Positions 50,815 through 62,882 of a stretch of DNA of 64,000 bases are shown one piece after another (the first letter of the stretch is position 1; the number at the start of each line of letters is the position of its first letter). This stretch comes from Bispira polyomma (taxonomy: Eukaryota). The stretch spans positions 46,128,001-46,192,000 of the forward strand of contig OZ287749.1 in the NCBI GenBank assembly GCA_965649765.1. Direction: 5' to 3'. The position numbers and the translations under genes were made by a program. The notes beneath the pieces are model-generated. The model was not told the DNA's origin, ran no database searches, and was given only the letters and a program-made list of their open reading frames with translations.

Positions 50815-51740
50815 TAATATGTTATGTCACTATTTAGATCACCATATATTATTCAGCTTTTCAGCAATGTACTGAGAAAAGTAGTGATAAATGGGTACTT
50901 ATTTAAACCGGTATCTTATGTTGCAGTTATGTATGTATATTTGCATGTTAATTGACCATTGGAGCGTATTTTATGTCATTATTTACAAAACTATCCATTA
51001 TCAATGCCATTGACCAAAGTACTGATAAGTGGGTAACAGTTGTCACATGTAATGTACTAAAATGGGTACTGGTTGTCATATGTATGTATATAGGTATTGT
51101 AAGTAAGTATTTATGTATGTCCCTATAATTGTGTATTTTTTATGTTTGAATATATGTACTGCCACTATATATATCCCCAGGTATGTATCTCCCTGTGCAG
51201 TTATTTATGGATATATGTGTGTCAATTAACCATTCAAGTGTATGTTATGTCATTACTTACATAGCCATGTATCATTAATTGCCATTGAGAAAAGTACTGA
51301 TAAGTGGGTACCAGTTGTCACGTGTAATGTACTGAAATGGGTACTGGTTGTCATATGTATGTATATATGTATGTATGGATTGTTATTATATAATTGGCCA
51401 GGTATTGGCAAGGTATGCATTTCCTATTCTATGCCAGTGATTACTATGTTCTAATCACTTTTTGTTCTAATTTACAGCTGAGGGTCAGTACTGTCACTTC
51501 CCCTACAGTCGTTGTTTCGGACACACTGGATGCCCTCCAGTACGAAGGGGGTCCACCCTTCTTTGTCGCCAGGTATTAGCCAGGTATGTATTTTCCTATT
51601 CCATGCCAGTGATTACTATGTTCTATTCACTCTTTTGTTCTAATTTACAGCTGAGGGTCAGTATGGTCACTTCCCCTGAAGTCGTTGTTCCTGGCCACAC
51701 TAAATGTCCTCCAGTACAAAGGGGGTCCACCCTTCTTTAG
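50815..51740. repeat. Tandem segmental repeats inside the MADF gene intron, including a duplicated acceptor + exon (51398-51564 and 51569-51738)
   Basis: aaagtactgataagtgggta..agttgtcac.tgtaatgtact blocks recur. ttctaatttacAG CTGAGGGTCAGTA...GGGGGTCCACCCTTCTTT occurs twice. Confidence 0.8.
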
Positions 51741-52849
51741 GGTCAGATTTCACAGAGGAGTCATTCCAACTCACGAGTGGTTACATCCGCAAGTTAAAGC
51801 TGCTGAGGGAGAAGAAGGAACAGTACTATTACCACACTGTGTCTCCGACTCGTCCCACTATAACTTTTGTTAACCCGGCAGATGTTACAATTTTAGGTAC
51901 AGGTGCTTCCACTGCTGGCAGTAGTACACTTACGGGTCACAGCCCTAAACCCTCAGAAATGTTTACTATGGCCTAGACTGATACTCCTGGTACCCATTAG
52001 ATTTCTGAGTTGAACAACATATCTTTCAACTTCACGCCCTACAAAGGAATTGGAAGAAATGAATTGCAGATACTGTTTTTCTTGTAATTTAATTATGTTG
52101 TTGTGTTATGTGTTGTGCGGTTTCAGTGAGATTGTGTGATCGCATACATGTAAGGATGGCCATGCTTACATGATCACACTTTATCACTGGAAATGCACCA
52201 CGTGATATAGCTTCTTTTCGGTAACCGAATCGATTAACTGTAAAAAAAGTAGGCGGAATACAATTTCTGTACCATGTCATTATCAGTATTTCAGTTAGTA
52301 TTATTTCATTTATTACTATGTCTCTCCGGGGAGGTTTTTTTTACTGGCACTGCTGTCAGACATTGGTAATCTCATTTAAACTTGATATGGGCTTGTAAAA
52401 GCTTCAATGATATTGTAAATAATGTAAGTGTAATAGTTTAAGCTGGCAAGTGAACCACAATTTTACTTCTGTGTAACTGCTTGATTGTTTCAGTTGGTTT
52501 ATAGTGTCTATTGTGAAGATGGAATAATTTTATTTTTTTAAATAGCGTAATCTCACTTATAACAGTGTAATTGTTTTATTTTTCTCTAGTGTCTACTCCC
52601 AAAGCTTTAATAAGTGTGTGAATAGTCTATATGATTTGGGACCGGTGACTATTTTAGTTAGTAAATATTTAGTTAATCGACATGGTTTTTATTTAGTAAG
52701 TCAACACAGTTGTTATTTAGTAAGTTGATAAGAGATGTAAATGACTGATGGTTTAATAGTAAATGACTGATGGTTTCACAGTAAATTTCTGATAGAGTCA
52801 TAGTAAATGGTTTGTCTTAGTAACTTGTGATGAACAGGTAGTAGTAGAC

Positions 52850-55800
52850 GGACCCGTAGGGAGAGTTTAACGAGGTCCTAGAACCAGGGCATTCCCGGCC
52901 ACCCTGGGGCTATTAAAAGTATCCGGCATCTGTTTGCGCGAACCTTGTTGATCACCTTGGTGATCAGAGTTGTTGGGGGTGATAACAATAGGCGTCCAGC
53001 CTGTCCCAAGAGATGTTGAGAGAGTCTACTGCCCAGACCCGAGGGTCTGGCAGGGGAGATACATAAACTGGAAGTTTGTTGTTCATGTTCGTGGCGAACA
53101 TGTCCACATGTGGAATGTACCACTGGTGACACAGGGTTTTGAAGATCTGAGGACAGGGGGACCACTCTTTCTGGATAAATTTATATTTCCTGGAGAGCAT
53201 CAGCGATGACGTTTCAACATCCGGGAATGTGACGTGCTCTGAGAGTCATATTTAAGTTGTGACACAGTGTTTGTATCCTCCAGATTAGGGCACACATCTC
53301 CAGTGATTGTGTGCCTCCCTACTTGTTGATGTAAGCTACCACTGATGAGTTGTCTGTCGATAGGAGAACTCTTTGACCGGTGCACTGAACTTGGAAGGCC
53401 TTGAGAGCCAGATAGACGACCTTTAGTTCTAAAACATTTATGTGAAGATCCTGTTTGCACACTGACTACTCGCCTCATGCTATGTCGCCATCCAAGTGAG
53501 CACCGTTTGAGGCATCTGTAAAGAGCAGCGTATTGTGCTCTAAAGGATGGAGAGAATCTCCCACTAACACATTGTTTGGATCCGGTCACCAAAGTAGGTG
53601 AGACTTAAGGAACGGGTCCACTGGAACGAGCTTGTTCAGAGTCTCGGGGAAGGTCCAGTGAGTCTTCAGGTGCCACTGTAGAGGGCTCATTTAAAGGGGA
53701 CCTCCTGGTACTAATTTCTCGGTCGAGGCTAGTAGACCGATGAGGGACATCCAAGTCCGAGCTGACACCTGAGAGGTTTGTAGTATCCGTTGGATTGTCT
53801 GTTGTAGCTTGTACCACCGGTCCGGAGTAGGAAGTACCAACCCCCTGTATAGGTCGTATTTGTAACCCACAATCGCAAAGTTCTGTGAGGGGGCAAGTTC
53901 CGACTTTTTGTAGTTTATGATCCAGCCTAAATCCATGATGAGGGTGGTTAAGGTCTCTGTGCTGGACTGGCATTGTTGGGCTGAAGGTGTTCTGATCAGC
54001 CAGTCGTCCAAGTACTGATGCATCCTCACTCCTAGGGAGAGGGCCATCAATTTCATTTCTTTGACTAGCAGTGTAAATTCGTGAGGGGCTGTTGCTAGCC
54101 CTGAACTGGTAGGACTTTCCTTTGTGGTGGCACCTGAGGTATTTCTGAGACCTCGGGTGAATGGGTATATCCAGATAAGCGTCCGTGAGGTGGAGAGATG
54201 TTACCCATTCCCCTTTCTGTAGAGCTTTGTCTTTTAATCCCCCTTTGTAGCCACTTACTACATATGAATAACGGGATAGAGGAGGTTTTTGCTGGAATGG
54301 AAGCTGATAGCTCTGAGTTATTATATCCAATTCCCTCTGAATTGTCCCTTTCTTCTTCCATTCGTGCACAAAATGAAGCAAACGCGCCCCAACCCCTAAG
54401 GGCGTTTGATCCAGTGGTTCTTCATTGTTTGTTTCCACTACCGTGGCCTCCACCGCAGAAGAAGGGCTTCTTGAAGCCTTCTCCAGATCCACCACCGCCG
54501 CCTCCACGGCCACCTCTGTTGGAGTCGTTACTCCCCGAGCCCCACCCCAAGGATAAGACCAGCCTCTGATCTCTTGTTTAAGCCCCCTTGGCTTTTATAA
54601 TTCCCTGAGGAGCTGCGGTGCTGAGTGTTATACCGCTTGTCACTCTTAATAGCGTCCTGCACCTTGGTGACAATGGCTGGGTCAAATAGGTTACCTGACT
54701 TGTAACAAGAGGACCTAAGGTCAGTTTTTAGGTGACCTGGTACAAATGGATGGAGATTGGTCAACACAGCATTCCTCCTAAAAAGGATTGTTGGCCATCA
54801 TGGTCATAATGTCCGCATGTAAATGTCCCATAACCCTGGACATGCTAATCATGATTCGATGTGCAACGGCCAGATTCTCCCCTCTTTAGGTAGGATCGGT
54901 TAATAATGGCTATTTCAGCCGCACGGGAGAAGTGAGAGTAGTGTTTGAGTAAGGCTAGCCACTCCTTTTGTCTCCCTCCCCACTGACTTATTTGCTTCTG
55001 GGACACATGGGTCTGGGCAGTTTGAGTATTTCCCCTTGTTGAAGGCGTCTCAACTCTCCACCAGTAGGGTGGGCTGTTGTAGCCAGAGATAGAGCCTTAA
55101 ACTTAGCTTCCAAGTCCAACCTAGGTAGTTTCAGTGAGGGAGGTGGGTTAGCTTCCTGCACTGAAGGCTGAGCCCGGAAAAGTGAGGTAGAGGAGTCCTC
55201 CTTAGGAGACTGTGTGGGTTCAAGGATGTCCAAAATTTTCCGTACAGTTTTTAATGTCTCTACATAAGTAAGGAAGTAAGTATACTCGTCCCTAGTGGTG
55301 GCTGCATTGTCATCTTCCGACCAAGCACAGTGAGAACGAGAAGAGGACTTCTCCCTTGGAGGAGAAGCGAGTGATTTTGCAATCTCCTTTGCCCGTTAAA
55401 AGGCGGCTAAATAGCCTGGGGAGTATTCTTCCTCGTTTCCGTCAGAGATTTCCCATGCCTCGCATTCCTGGTCCCGGTTGGGAAGAGCCCTTCGGGAGGC
55501 TGAGACCTTACTCTTATGTTTGTCTTTGACCGGTGCCTTAAGTACCGGTTCAGAGGAGTCCGACGAAGAGTCCGAGGATGGCGGTTCAGGTGTCCTCTTC
55601 CTCTTATGTTGGCTTTTTTTGTCTTTTTTGTACTTATGATGTTTACCATGCTTATGTCTACGATAATTCTTCTCATAATGAGTTAGTGTATCCGGAGACA
55701 AATATTCACTATTCTGAGGTTGGTCAGGTTTCTCTGACTGTTTATCCGGTTTTGATGCCGGTGCCTTATCCGGTTGAGAGGTATCCTTTGTGAGCTTTGT

Positions 55801-57270
55801 GTGGTGTGGCCTATAAAGGATATCCGGGTCTCAAACATGGGTTTCCCTGTAACCTCTGTCATGGCCTTGTTGTTGAGTAGACACTTCCAAAGTGTCACCA
55901 TACTGATCTGTGGCGTCCTCTTCAGGAGCCCAGCCGGTACGTGAGGAGACTGAGACACTGTCTCTAGAGGATCTTAAGTCCCTATTACGATTCTGACCCT
56001 TGAGAGCTGTAAGCTCACTCATTAAAGTTTCTAGCATCAATTCAGACTTAGCAGCCTGTTGTTGCATTAAGTTATCAGATCGTTGTTGTTGTAGATCCAT
56101 CTTGCAATGTAAAAAAAACAGTTCAGTCAAGAGCTGAGTTCTCAGGTCATCAACAAGGGCACGTGATTGTGTCATCGGTGTAGGAGGGGGAAGGGGGGTG
56201 GTGGTGGTAATTGCTGGATACCGGGCATGATCAGTACTGGTCCAAAGCCAGAAACATTTGTGAAGGGGATCTGAACGGGCCTCTACCCTTTGAGGGTTAG
56301 GTGGACTAGACTGTCCACCGGAAGCCAGAGATGAGGAAGGCTGGGTGTGAGCCAGTCTTTCTGGTTCGGCCAATAGTTCGTCCGCTCATTGGTCGAACAC
56401 GTTCATCGCCTCGGGTCCCTGACTGGTACCAGCTACGCCAGACCAGGCCGGAGAGTCAAGAAGTACTTCTTCTGGTGTGGCCAGAGGTGCCTTCTTTTTG
56501 TTCGACCTGCCCTGCGGCTGACTGGGTTAAGAACCACCTGAGGCCTAAGCTCTCGGGGGTTTAGGAGGCAGTGTAGGAATACACGCCAGGGCCAAATCAC
56601 TAGTATTATGGATACTGCAATTAGGGCCAGTAAAATGATAGGTGAGAGTTGTTGGGTGGACTGCTGGCCAGAGGAAGCTCTGTCCTCCACCGAGCCAAGC
56701 AAGCTCAGTAATACAAAAGTCCAGAGTACTGCACTTCTTCTCTCACTAGTAGAGGGTACATCTATCCTAATCAAATGCAACAAACTTGGGAACCAAGTAG
56801 CCATTTTATGTCTGTAGCAGTACCTGAGGCCAGAACTGAAAGTTTTGATGTAGGCTTAGATATCTGTCCAGTAAGAACCACAAAGGCTCAAAACGATCCA
56901 CATATAGAAGTAAAACTCCATAGTTGTAGATAATCCAATAATTCGTTGAGAAACTCAAGAAATATCTGTTTAAAGTTTGTGACACGAGACTCGATGTCTT
57001 CGAAATGGCGACCAGTAAAAGAATGGTCATTGTGCAGCTTCTCGCGCAGCGTCACGTGATGTTCCGGAAGGAACGAGTGTCGCCAGAGTCGACCAATCTG
57101 GCCCACCTTTTCTCTTAGGGTCTGGTCAGCACCGGCAGGTGCGCTACCAGTAAACATACAGTTTCACTGGGTAAGCAGTATTGCAATAAAAACAAACTTT
57201 TATAAATTTGGTGTTTTCAATATGTGCTTACTAAAATTAAATGATTTCCGGACATATGTTTTCGCTCGAT
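52850..57270 (-). mobile_element. Decayed, 3'-truncated DIRS1-like retrotransposon (gag-like ORF, RT, RNase H, MT-like domain; recombinase absent)
   Basis: VGARL..F..EW, DAY..IPIH, QYLDDWLI, GWIINYKKS; RNase H LFTDAS, HINVLELK, TDNSSVVAYINK, HIPG; DIRS-specific VDMFAT..NNKLPVYVSP..AVD....W..AY..PP..LIAP.WP...WF. Many frameshifts. Confidence 0.9.
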
Positions 57271-58038
57271 GCCGGGAAATTATATATGCATACAACCTCG
57301 CCGGTATATTATAACATAAAACAATATATGTGTTCTCTGTCATATGCATCTGTAGCAAACAGTAAAGTTTCTCTGTGATGTATTTTGCAATTTAGAATCA
57401 TTTTATTGAAATATCAAAATTAATGTTTCAGTATTTTTTCTTTTTTTCTTGGACCTTTATTTATATAAACAATATTGACGTTCACAGCATAATATAATTT
57501 TTTAATTATTGCCTTAGTTTATTTATTACCCTTGGTAGTTTTACTAGTTCTTCATTACCAGGACTGCTGTCATAGGTTTCTACATGAAAGTTCCACATGC
57601 ACAAAGATGATATAATTTTTATATTTTATCACATTCTGATTGTCAACAAGGCATGTAGGGCTGTTGCAACTGACATTTGAGTGTAAAAAGAAATGTACAA
57701 TAGATAAGGGTTGAATGCATTCATAAAAAACATTCAAACAGAAATGCGCGAGCTTGGTACAGACAACGAAATGTATTTTAAAGTGTTTGATCATATTTGT
57801 CTCCTCACATTTTCTTGTGAAGTTATCAACCAGCCCTTTTATATCAATGCTTTATCTGTTGTGCCAGTCTAGGCTGTATGTTTGGTCCATTAATCCGTAA
57901 CAGCATTATATAATATGGTACTAGTAATAAAGATTCAATCAACCATCAATGATCATATTTAAAGCAAATTAGTATTTTTATGCATTGCTAGTTTAATTGT
58001 CGTCCAATTATTTTGAATTACTATATGCAATAATGAAC

Positions 58039-58259
58039 NNNNNNNNNNNNNNNNNNNNNNNNNNNNNNNNNNNNNNNNNNNNNNNNNNNNNNNNNNNNNN
58101 NNNNNNNNNNNNNNNNNNNNNNNNNNNNNNNNNNNNNNNNNNNNNNNNNNNNNNNNNNNNNNNNNNNNNNNNNNNNNNNNNNNNNNNNNNNNNNNNNNNN
58201 NNNNNNNNNNNNNNNNNNNNNNNNNNNNNNNNNNNNNNNNNNNNNNNNNNNNNNNNNNN
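58039..58259. other. Assembly gap (N run)
   Basis: Run of N. Confidence 1.
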
Positions 58260-58372
58260 CGTATTCATGTCAGACAGAAGACAGGTGAGTGCAAATACTT
58301 CAAATAATCTAGGTTGTTATTGTAAATTTAACTCGAGAATAGATGGGTTAATTTTGGATCAAATCTAACGCA

Positions 58373-58735
58373 TATTATTATGAATATTTTAATGCACTTT
58401 ATTGATGCTAGGAATCTTTTAAAGCACAACAACAGAATGAGTCATCCAATCGTGTAGTCCATGGGCATAGCAAGGTCATAGGGAAAGGTGTCGGTGTGTG
58501 TAGCAGGGAACTGAGGTAAGGTTGAAAAGATAGGTTTGAGCTTTTTCTGTGTATCTACTGATCTGATGGATCGACCTGGAGACTGTTCCATAACAAGATA
58601 GCTGCAATGGAGAAGCTTGGGATCCCGCCAGAAAGTCTATTGCCTCTCCTCGGGTTACTAAAAGAGAGAAGGGAAGTGAGGTAGGAAAGACTACAGCCTT
58701 GAATGTGGTAACGTGAATTTTGAACAACATTCTGG
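58373..58735 (-). mobile_element. 3' end of an L2-clade LINE with 3' UTR and (ATT)n tail
   Basis: Reverse strand SFSIAAILLWNSL and QTYLF motifs, followed by ccttgctatgcccatggac...cctagcatcaataaag. Confidence 0.75.
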
Positions 58736-59268
58736 AGTGAATGGGAAGCCACTGTTGCTTTTTTCAGATAAGGAGTGATGTCAGTGCGACCGCCCAGGTG
58801 AAAAATCACCCTGCATAGGTAGTTTTAAATGGACAGGAGCTTTTTAATCTAAGAATAGGAATACAAAACGGAAGGATCATTTCAGGAAATATAATTAATT
58901 GATGGTAATGCTGGCTGTGTTTTTGCAATTAAGTAATAACAACTTCTTGTTGTGTGGCAATTTGACTGTAAATCCAATAAAATACCACTTGAAATAAATT
59001 GATTGTAACAATATTTACTAATTTATTCGACAAACTGATGCTGTTTCAGCAAAATAGTGATGCTGTTTCACTAAGTTATGTCATCAAGAAATACTTTTTT
59101 ATAAAATAATTTTTTTTTTCTAAATGGCAAACAGTAAGTTAAAGTGCCATTTTCAAAGTGTTAGTTCACAGTAAAAAAAGTTAACAGCTAACTTTCCCAC
59201 ACACATATCACTGGTTTATTGGATTTGATAAGTGGTACAAGTACCAAGTATAGGCTGATAGTGGCTCC

Positions 59269-60129
59269 CAGACATATGTGAAAAGTATTCGAATACAAAT
59301 GCAAATACTTTCAAATTTTACGAATGCGAATACAATTACACAGATTTTAAAAGTATTCGAATACGAATACATTTGCAATGTATTCATGAATGCATTCATG
59401 AATACTTTAAAGACGATTTAATTTACTCTATTTTATATTATAAGTATAGTATTATTAAAGAAAAAATTTAGTGTCTTAAATATTTACTCAAAATAACCTT
59501 TGACATTAATTTGCATTTACTTTAACACTAAGAACAACAATTTACTGTGTGTGTATGAGGCTAGGACAAAAAGCCTTACCTATCTAAATTGCAATTAGTT
59601 AAACCTACTAAGGGCCTATTGATAAAACAGACGCTTTTGATCATTTTAGAACTTATTTGTATTATGATTCAGCTTTTATTATACTTTGAACTGCACCGAA
59701 AAATGGAAAAAAAATGATAAAAACGTTTGCACAATCCTAATTATGAATAATAGCTTTATACACTTGTATTCAATAGTTATGTTTTATTCAATACACAAAG
59801 TTATTCCTTTAGAAAAAGTGAAGTAAATACCATATTTTAGCACAGGTCTATCATTGAATGTATTTCTCTTAATATGGTAAATATTGCTCTTACCTGCATT
59901 CATAAACATTAAGCCTTCAAATACAAGAAATAGTGACACTAGTCACACAAATGTTTAATTAGAAGCCTTTCTATTTAGTGGTCTGCCACCTATTGTATAT
60001 GTACCCTTAATACTCTTTATTATGCACACTGGTTAATCCTTTTATTTACTGGACAAATTTTAAAATGCTTTGGGTTTGATATTGATTGTGACAAATACGC
60101 ATATACGAATGTCGAATACCCCATGTCTG
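59269..60129. mobile_element. Non-autonomous hAT element (861 bp)
   Basis: CAGACAT...ATGTCTG termini, perfect 8-bp TSD GTGGCTCC (59261-59268, 60130-60137), subterminal (t)attcgaatac repeats. Confidence 0.88.
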
Positions 60130-60405
60130 GTGGCTCCTTGCATTGCCACTTAAAATGGTGGTTCTTTGTCATTGTGTTTTTTTACCAGTGGTAGTTTAAA
60201 GAACCTTGCTGGCATTAATAAATGTTCATCCTCAAGTATCTTTCTTCAGTTGAGGGAATGGCAACTGCAAGTGCTACTTGGCTGTACTTGTTAGGCAGTC
60301 AAGGAAAGGTTACCTGAATACTAGACAAAAGTATACAAATGTTTATAAATTTGAATATAAAACTAATACTTTAAATCTGTTTTTTTTTTTAATCTTCCAG
60401 ACAGA

Positions 60406-60466
60406 ATGCAGAAACTGATTTTATTTTTGCTGGTTCTCTGTCCCTTGGCAAACAGCAAAGCTATAG
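60406..60466 (+). CDS. Signal-peptide exon of a putative secreted peptide precursor (MQKLILFLLVLCPLANSKAI)
   Basis: Strong acceptor (T)n-aatcttccAG at 60400, ATG at 60406, basic-hydrophobic-small residue signal pattern, phase-1 donor G|GTTTGT. Confidence 0.65.
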
Positions 60467-60694
60467 GTTTGTGGTTTCATGTTTATTTATCATGCCAATA
60501 TTATTGACATACTTAACTCTGTCAACCCAACGCATGACTTGTTTTTACCAGATGTATTAGAACCTTGTCTCAAGAGTACTTGCATGGTGACCCATTTATG
60601 TCGGAAATCAGAAGACATTAATTTAAAGAAAAATTAAAGATGGCTTAAATATTTTGCTCAAAACTGGACTATAATATAGATCTTGTTTTTTTAG

Positions 60695-60870
60695 ATGTTG
60701 TTGCAACAAATCCCCTTGAGAAAGAAGTGAAACATATAACTTTTATACATGATCGAAATATACAAGAAGATGCAGTACATCAGAGTTTAATTCCAAGAGG
60801 GACGAAGAAAAGCAATGAAAAAGACAAGAAAAGTTATTCAAAAGAACCAGCATGCTGTACGGGGAAGTAA
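60695..60870 (+). CDS. Second exon of putative secreted peptide precursor, copy 1 (DVVATNPLEKE...KDKKSYSKEPACCTGK*)
   Basis: Acceptor cttgtttttttAG; phase 1 gives an open frame to TAA; frame conserved in the paralogue at 62883-63061. Confidence 0.65.
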
Positions 60871-61089
60871 ATTGGCCATACTATTAAAGATACTAAAAGT
60901 ACATGCTTTTAAATAAATAACTATACTGACTCTTATTTCACTTTTGAGTTCACCAATATCAGAAAATGGGAACGAAATCCCACTTATACAACATGATAAC
61001 TACTTTAAACTAGATTGAAAACAATTATTTTATAATCTAATCTAGTTTATTTAAGCATCAAATCTTTTATCGGGGAAAATTTAAAATGC

Positions 61090-61735
61090 CATAACACAAT
61101 AATGTTAGGCAAAATCCATCAAGTGAGGGGCATAACCAAGGTAATAAACAACAAGATTATCATTCAGCAAACAAAAAGGAGGACTCTGTTGGAAAAACTT
61201 GGTTTTAAATAAATCAGACTTCAGATGGAAAAGCTTTTTGCTGTCCTGATATAGAGTGGGAGATTATTCCAGCGAGGAGCCATATATAATTCTGAGTTCC
61301 CGAAATGGCTACTGTATAGATATCTAAACTTTGCATATTTTGTAACCTGAAGAAAGTTGTAATGATGGTTACTCATAGGAGTTACTCTGGATGAACATAT
61401 TTCGTCAGGTCCCTTTGTTTGACTTTGTGTCCAATGATAATGAACTCAGTTTTGTCTGGGTTTAATTTTAGCTTGATTGACGACATTCAGGATTTGATGT
61501 CTTTAAGAAACTTGTTTAGAGCATCCATTGGTGTAGCAAAAATTTGGGAGGTAAGAGATATGTAAAGCTGTATGTCTTTAGTATAACAGTAATATCTTAT
61601 GTTACTGTGGGCAGCAAAAATAGTGTTTAGGGGCTAGTATATAGAAAGAAAAGTATGGGTCCCAGGACAGAGCCTTATGAGACTCCAAAGTGTAGAGTAT
61701 TAAATTTGGATAAAAGAAAGCCAACCTTTACACCC
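61090..61735 (-). mobile_element. Decayed, internally deleted L2 LINE fragment
   Basis: LHFGVS*GSVLGP, degenerate YADD region (YTKDIQLY), KLKLNPDKTEF, RWNNLP. Confidence 0.75.
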
Positions 61736-62651
61736 TGTGAGCAGTTTGACAAAGATCATTCTCTGTTCCTTGAGAAAATCAAAGCCTCCAGATCTTAACA
61801 TATATCATTTACAAAAAATAGCTAAAACCAAATATTTTGAACAGGAGATGTCGTCAAAAGTGAGTAATACCTATGACGGATTTAAAAGAAAATGGTTGAC
61901 ATGGCATGCTAGCACTTCCGAAATATAATTTCTCTAATAGTAGTATAATATAGTCTACAGCATTGTGAACCTTTTTTTCAGAAATTAATTAAAAAGAATT
62001 ATTGTACATGTATAAAAGTATTACTTTTTTGCGTGTATATATACATACAGATGTAGATGTACCTAGTTGTGATAATAACAGTTATGTTTGTAACAACAAC
62101 ACGTTTATTTAAGCTTACTAAACAAGTACACTTCATATGTCTTTATATCTATTTCACAACACACGCTCGTTTGCTTCCGCTCTTACTCGAACTCGACTCA
62201 ATCAACTAGCCATTTATACCAACACACTAGTTAATTTGAACTTTTGCTTCTAATGTAATTAAATGACTGTCTGAAAATTATACAGTCTGTAAGTAGGTAA
62301 ATGACTGTATTGAAAATTATTAATATGAATGTCCTTTGTTGTTTTTTCATTGAGGTTGAATTTGTGTCATATTTCTGTATTATATTTATGTAAACCAAAA
62401 AGAACAATAAAAAATAAAAAAAAATAGCAAAGCCATAGGTTTGTGTTTTCATGTTTCTTAGTCATGCTTAATTATTGATATAACTACTTCTGCCCAAACA
62501 TTATATCCCTTGAATTTACTAGATCTATTGGGTTTATAGAATTTGATACCTTGTTTCATTAGCAGTTGCATGGTGAGCCATTTATGTCTGAAATCAGCAG
62601 ACATTTCTTTAAGAAAAATTAAAGGTGGTTCAAATACTACACAAAATACAT

Positions 62652-62842
62652 TGTTATTATTATGTATTTTTAACACGCTTTATTGATGCTAGGCATCTTC
62701 TAAAGTGCAACAGCAGAATCAATGATCTAATCGTAAAGTCCATGGGCATAGCAAGGTTGTAAGGGTAGGGGGGTTCACGGCTGGTTAATCAGCAAGCAAC
62801 CAGACCGGGGGTTAACCTACCCCGTAGCAAGGGGCACAATTC
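62652..62842 (-). mobile_element. SINE-like fragment bearing the same 3' tail as the 58.4-kb L2, inserted in the intron of peptide-gene copy 2
   Basis: About 110 bp shared with 58373-58490, then non-coding sequence unlike the LINE. Absent from the copy 1 intron. Confidence 0.65.
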
Positions 62843-62882
62843 CCTTTCATGCTTAGCTATAATATAGGTCTTGGTATTTTAG

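Larger units (their letters stand above)
49410..52050 (+). mobile_element. Harbinger-like transposon relic carrying a MADF (Myb/SANT-like) gene
   Basis: Left end ggcattcacac; subterminal GAAC/GTTC inverted arrays (49430-49930); MADF pseudogene downstream. Right TIR and transposase not found. Confidence 0.55.

Noticed and set aside
52611-52630. Right TIR of the Harbinger-like element (gtgtgaat)
   Set aside because: Match to the left end is too short and no TSD is evident
57997-58368. ORFs spanning the N-gap
   Set aside because: Artefact of translating N
60552-60640. Extra Cys-rich exon (DVLEPCLKSTCMVTHLC...) inside the peptide-gene intron
   Set aside because: The paralogous copy has frame-breaking indels, and the candidate donor is out of phase with the next exon
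60406-60870. True conotoxin homology (MQKLI start recalls O2-superfamily signals)
   Set aside because: Similarity is limited to generic signal-peptide residues, and the Cys framework does not match; only the architecture is comparable
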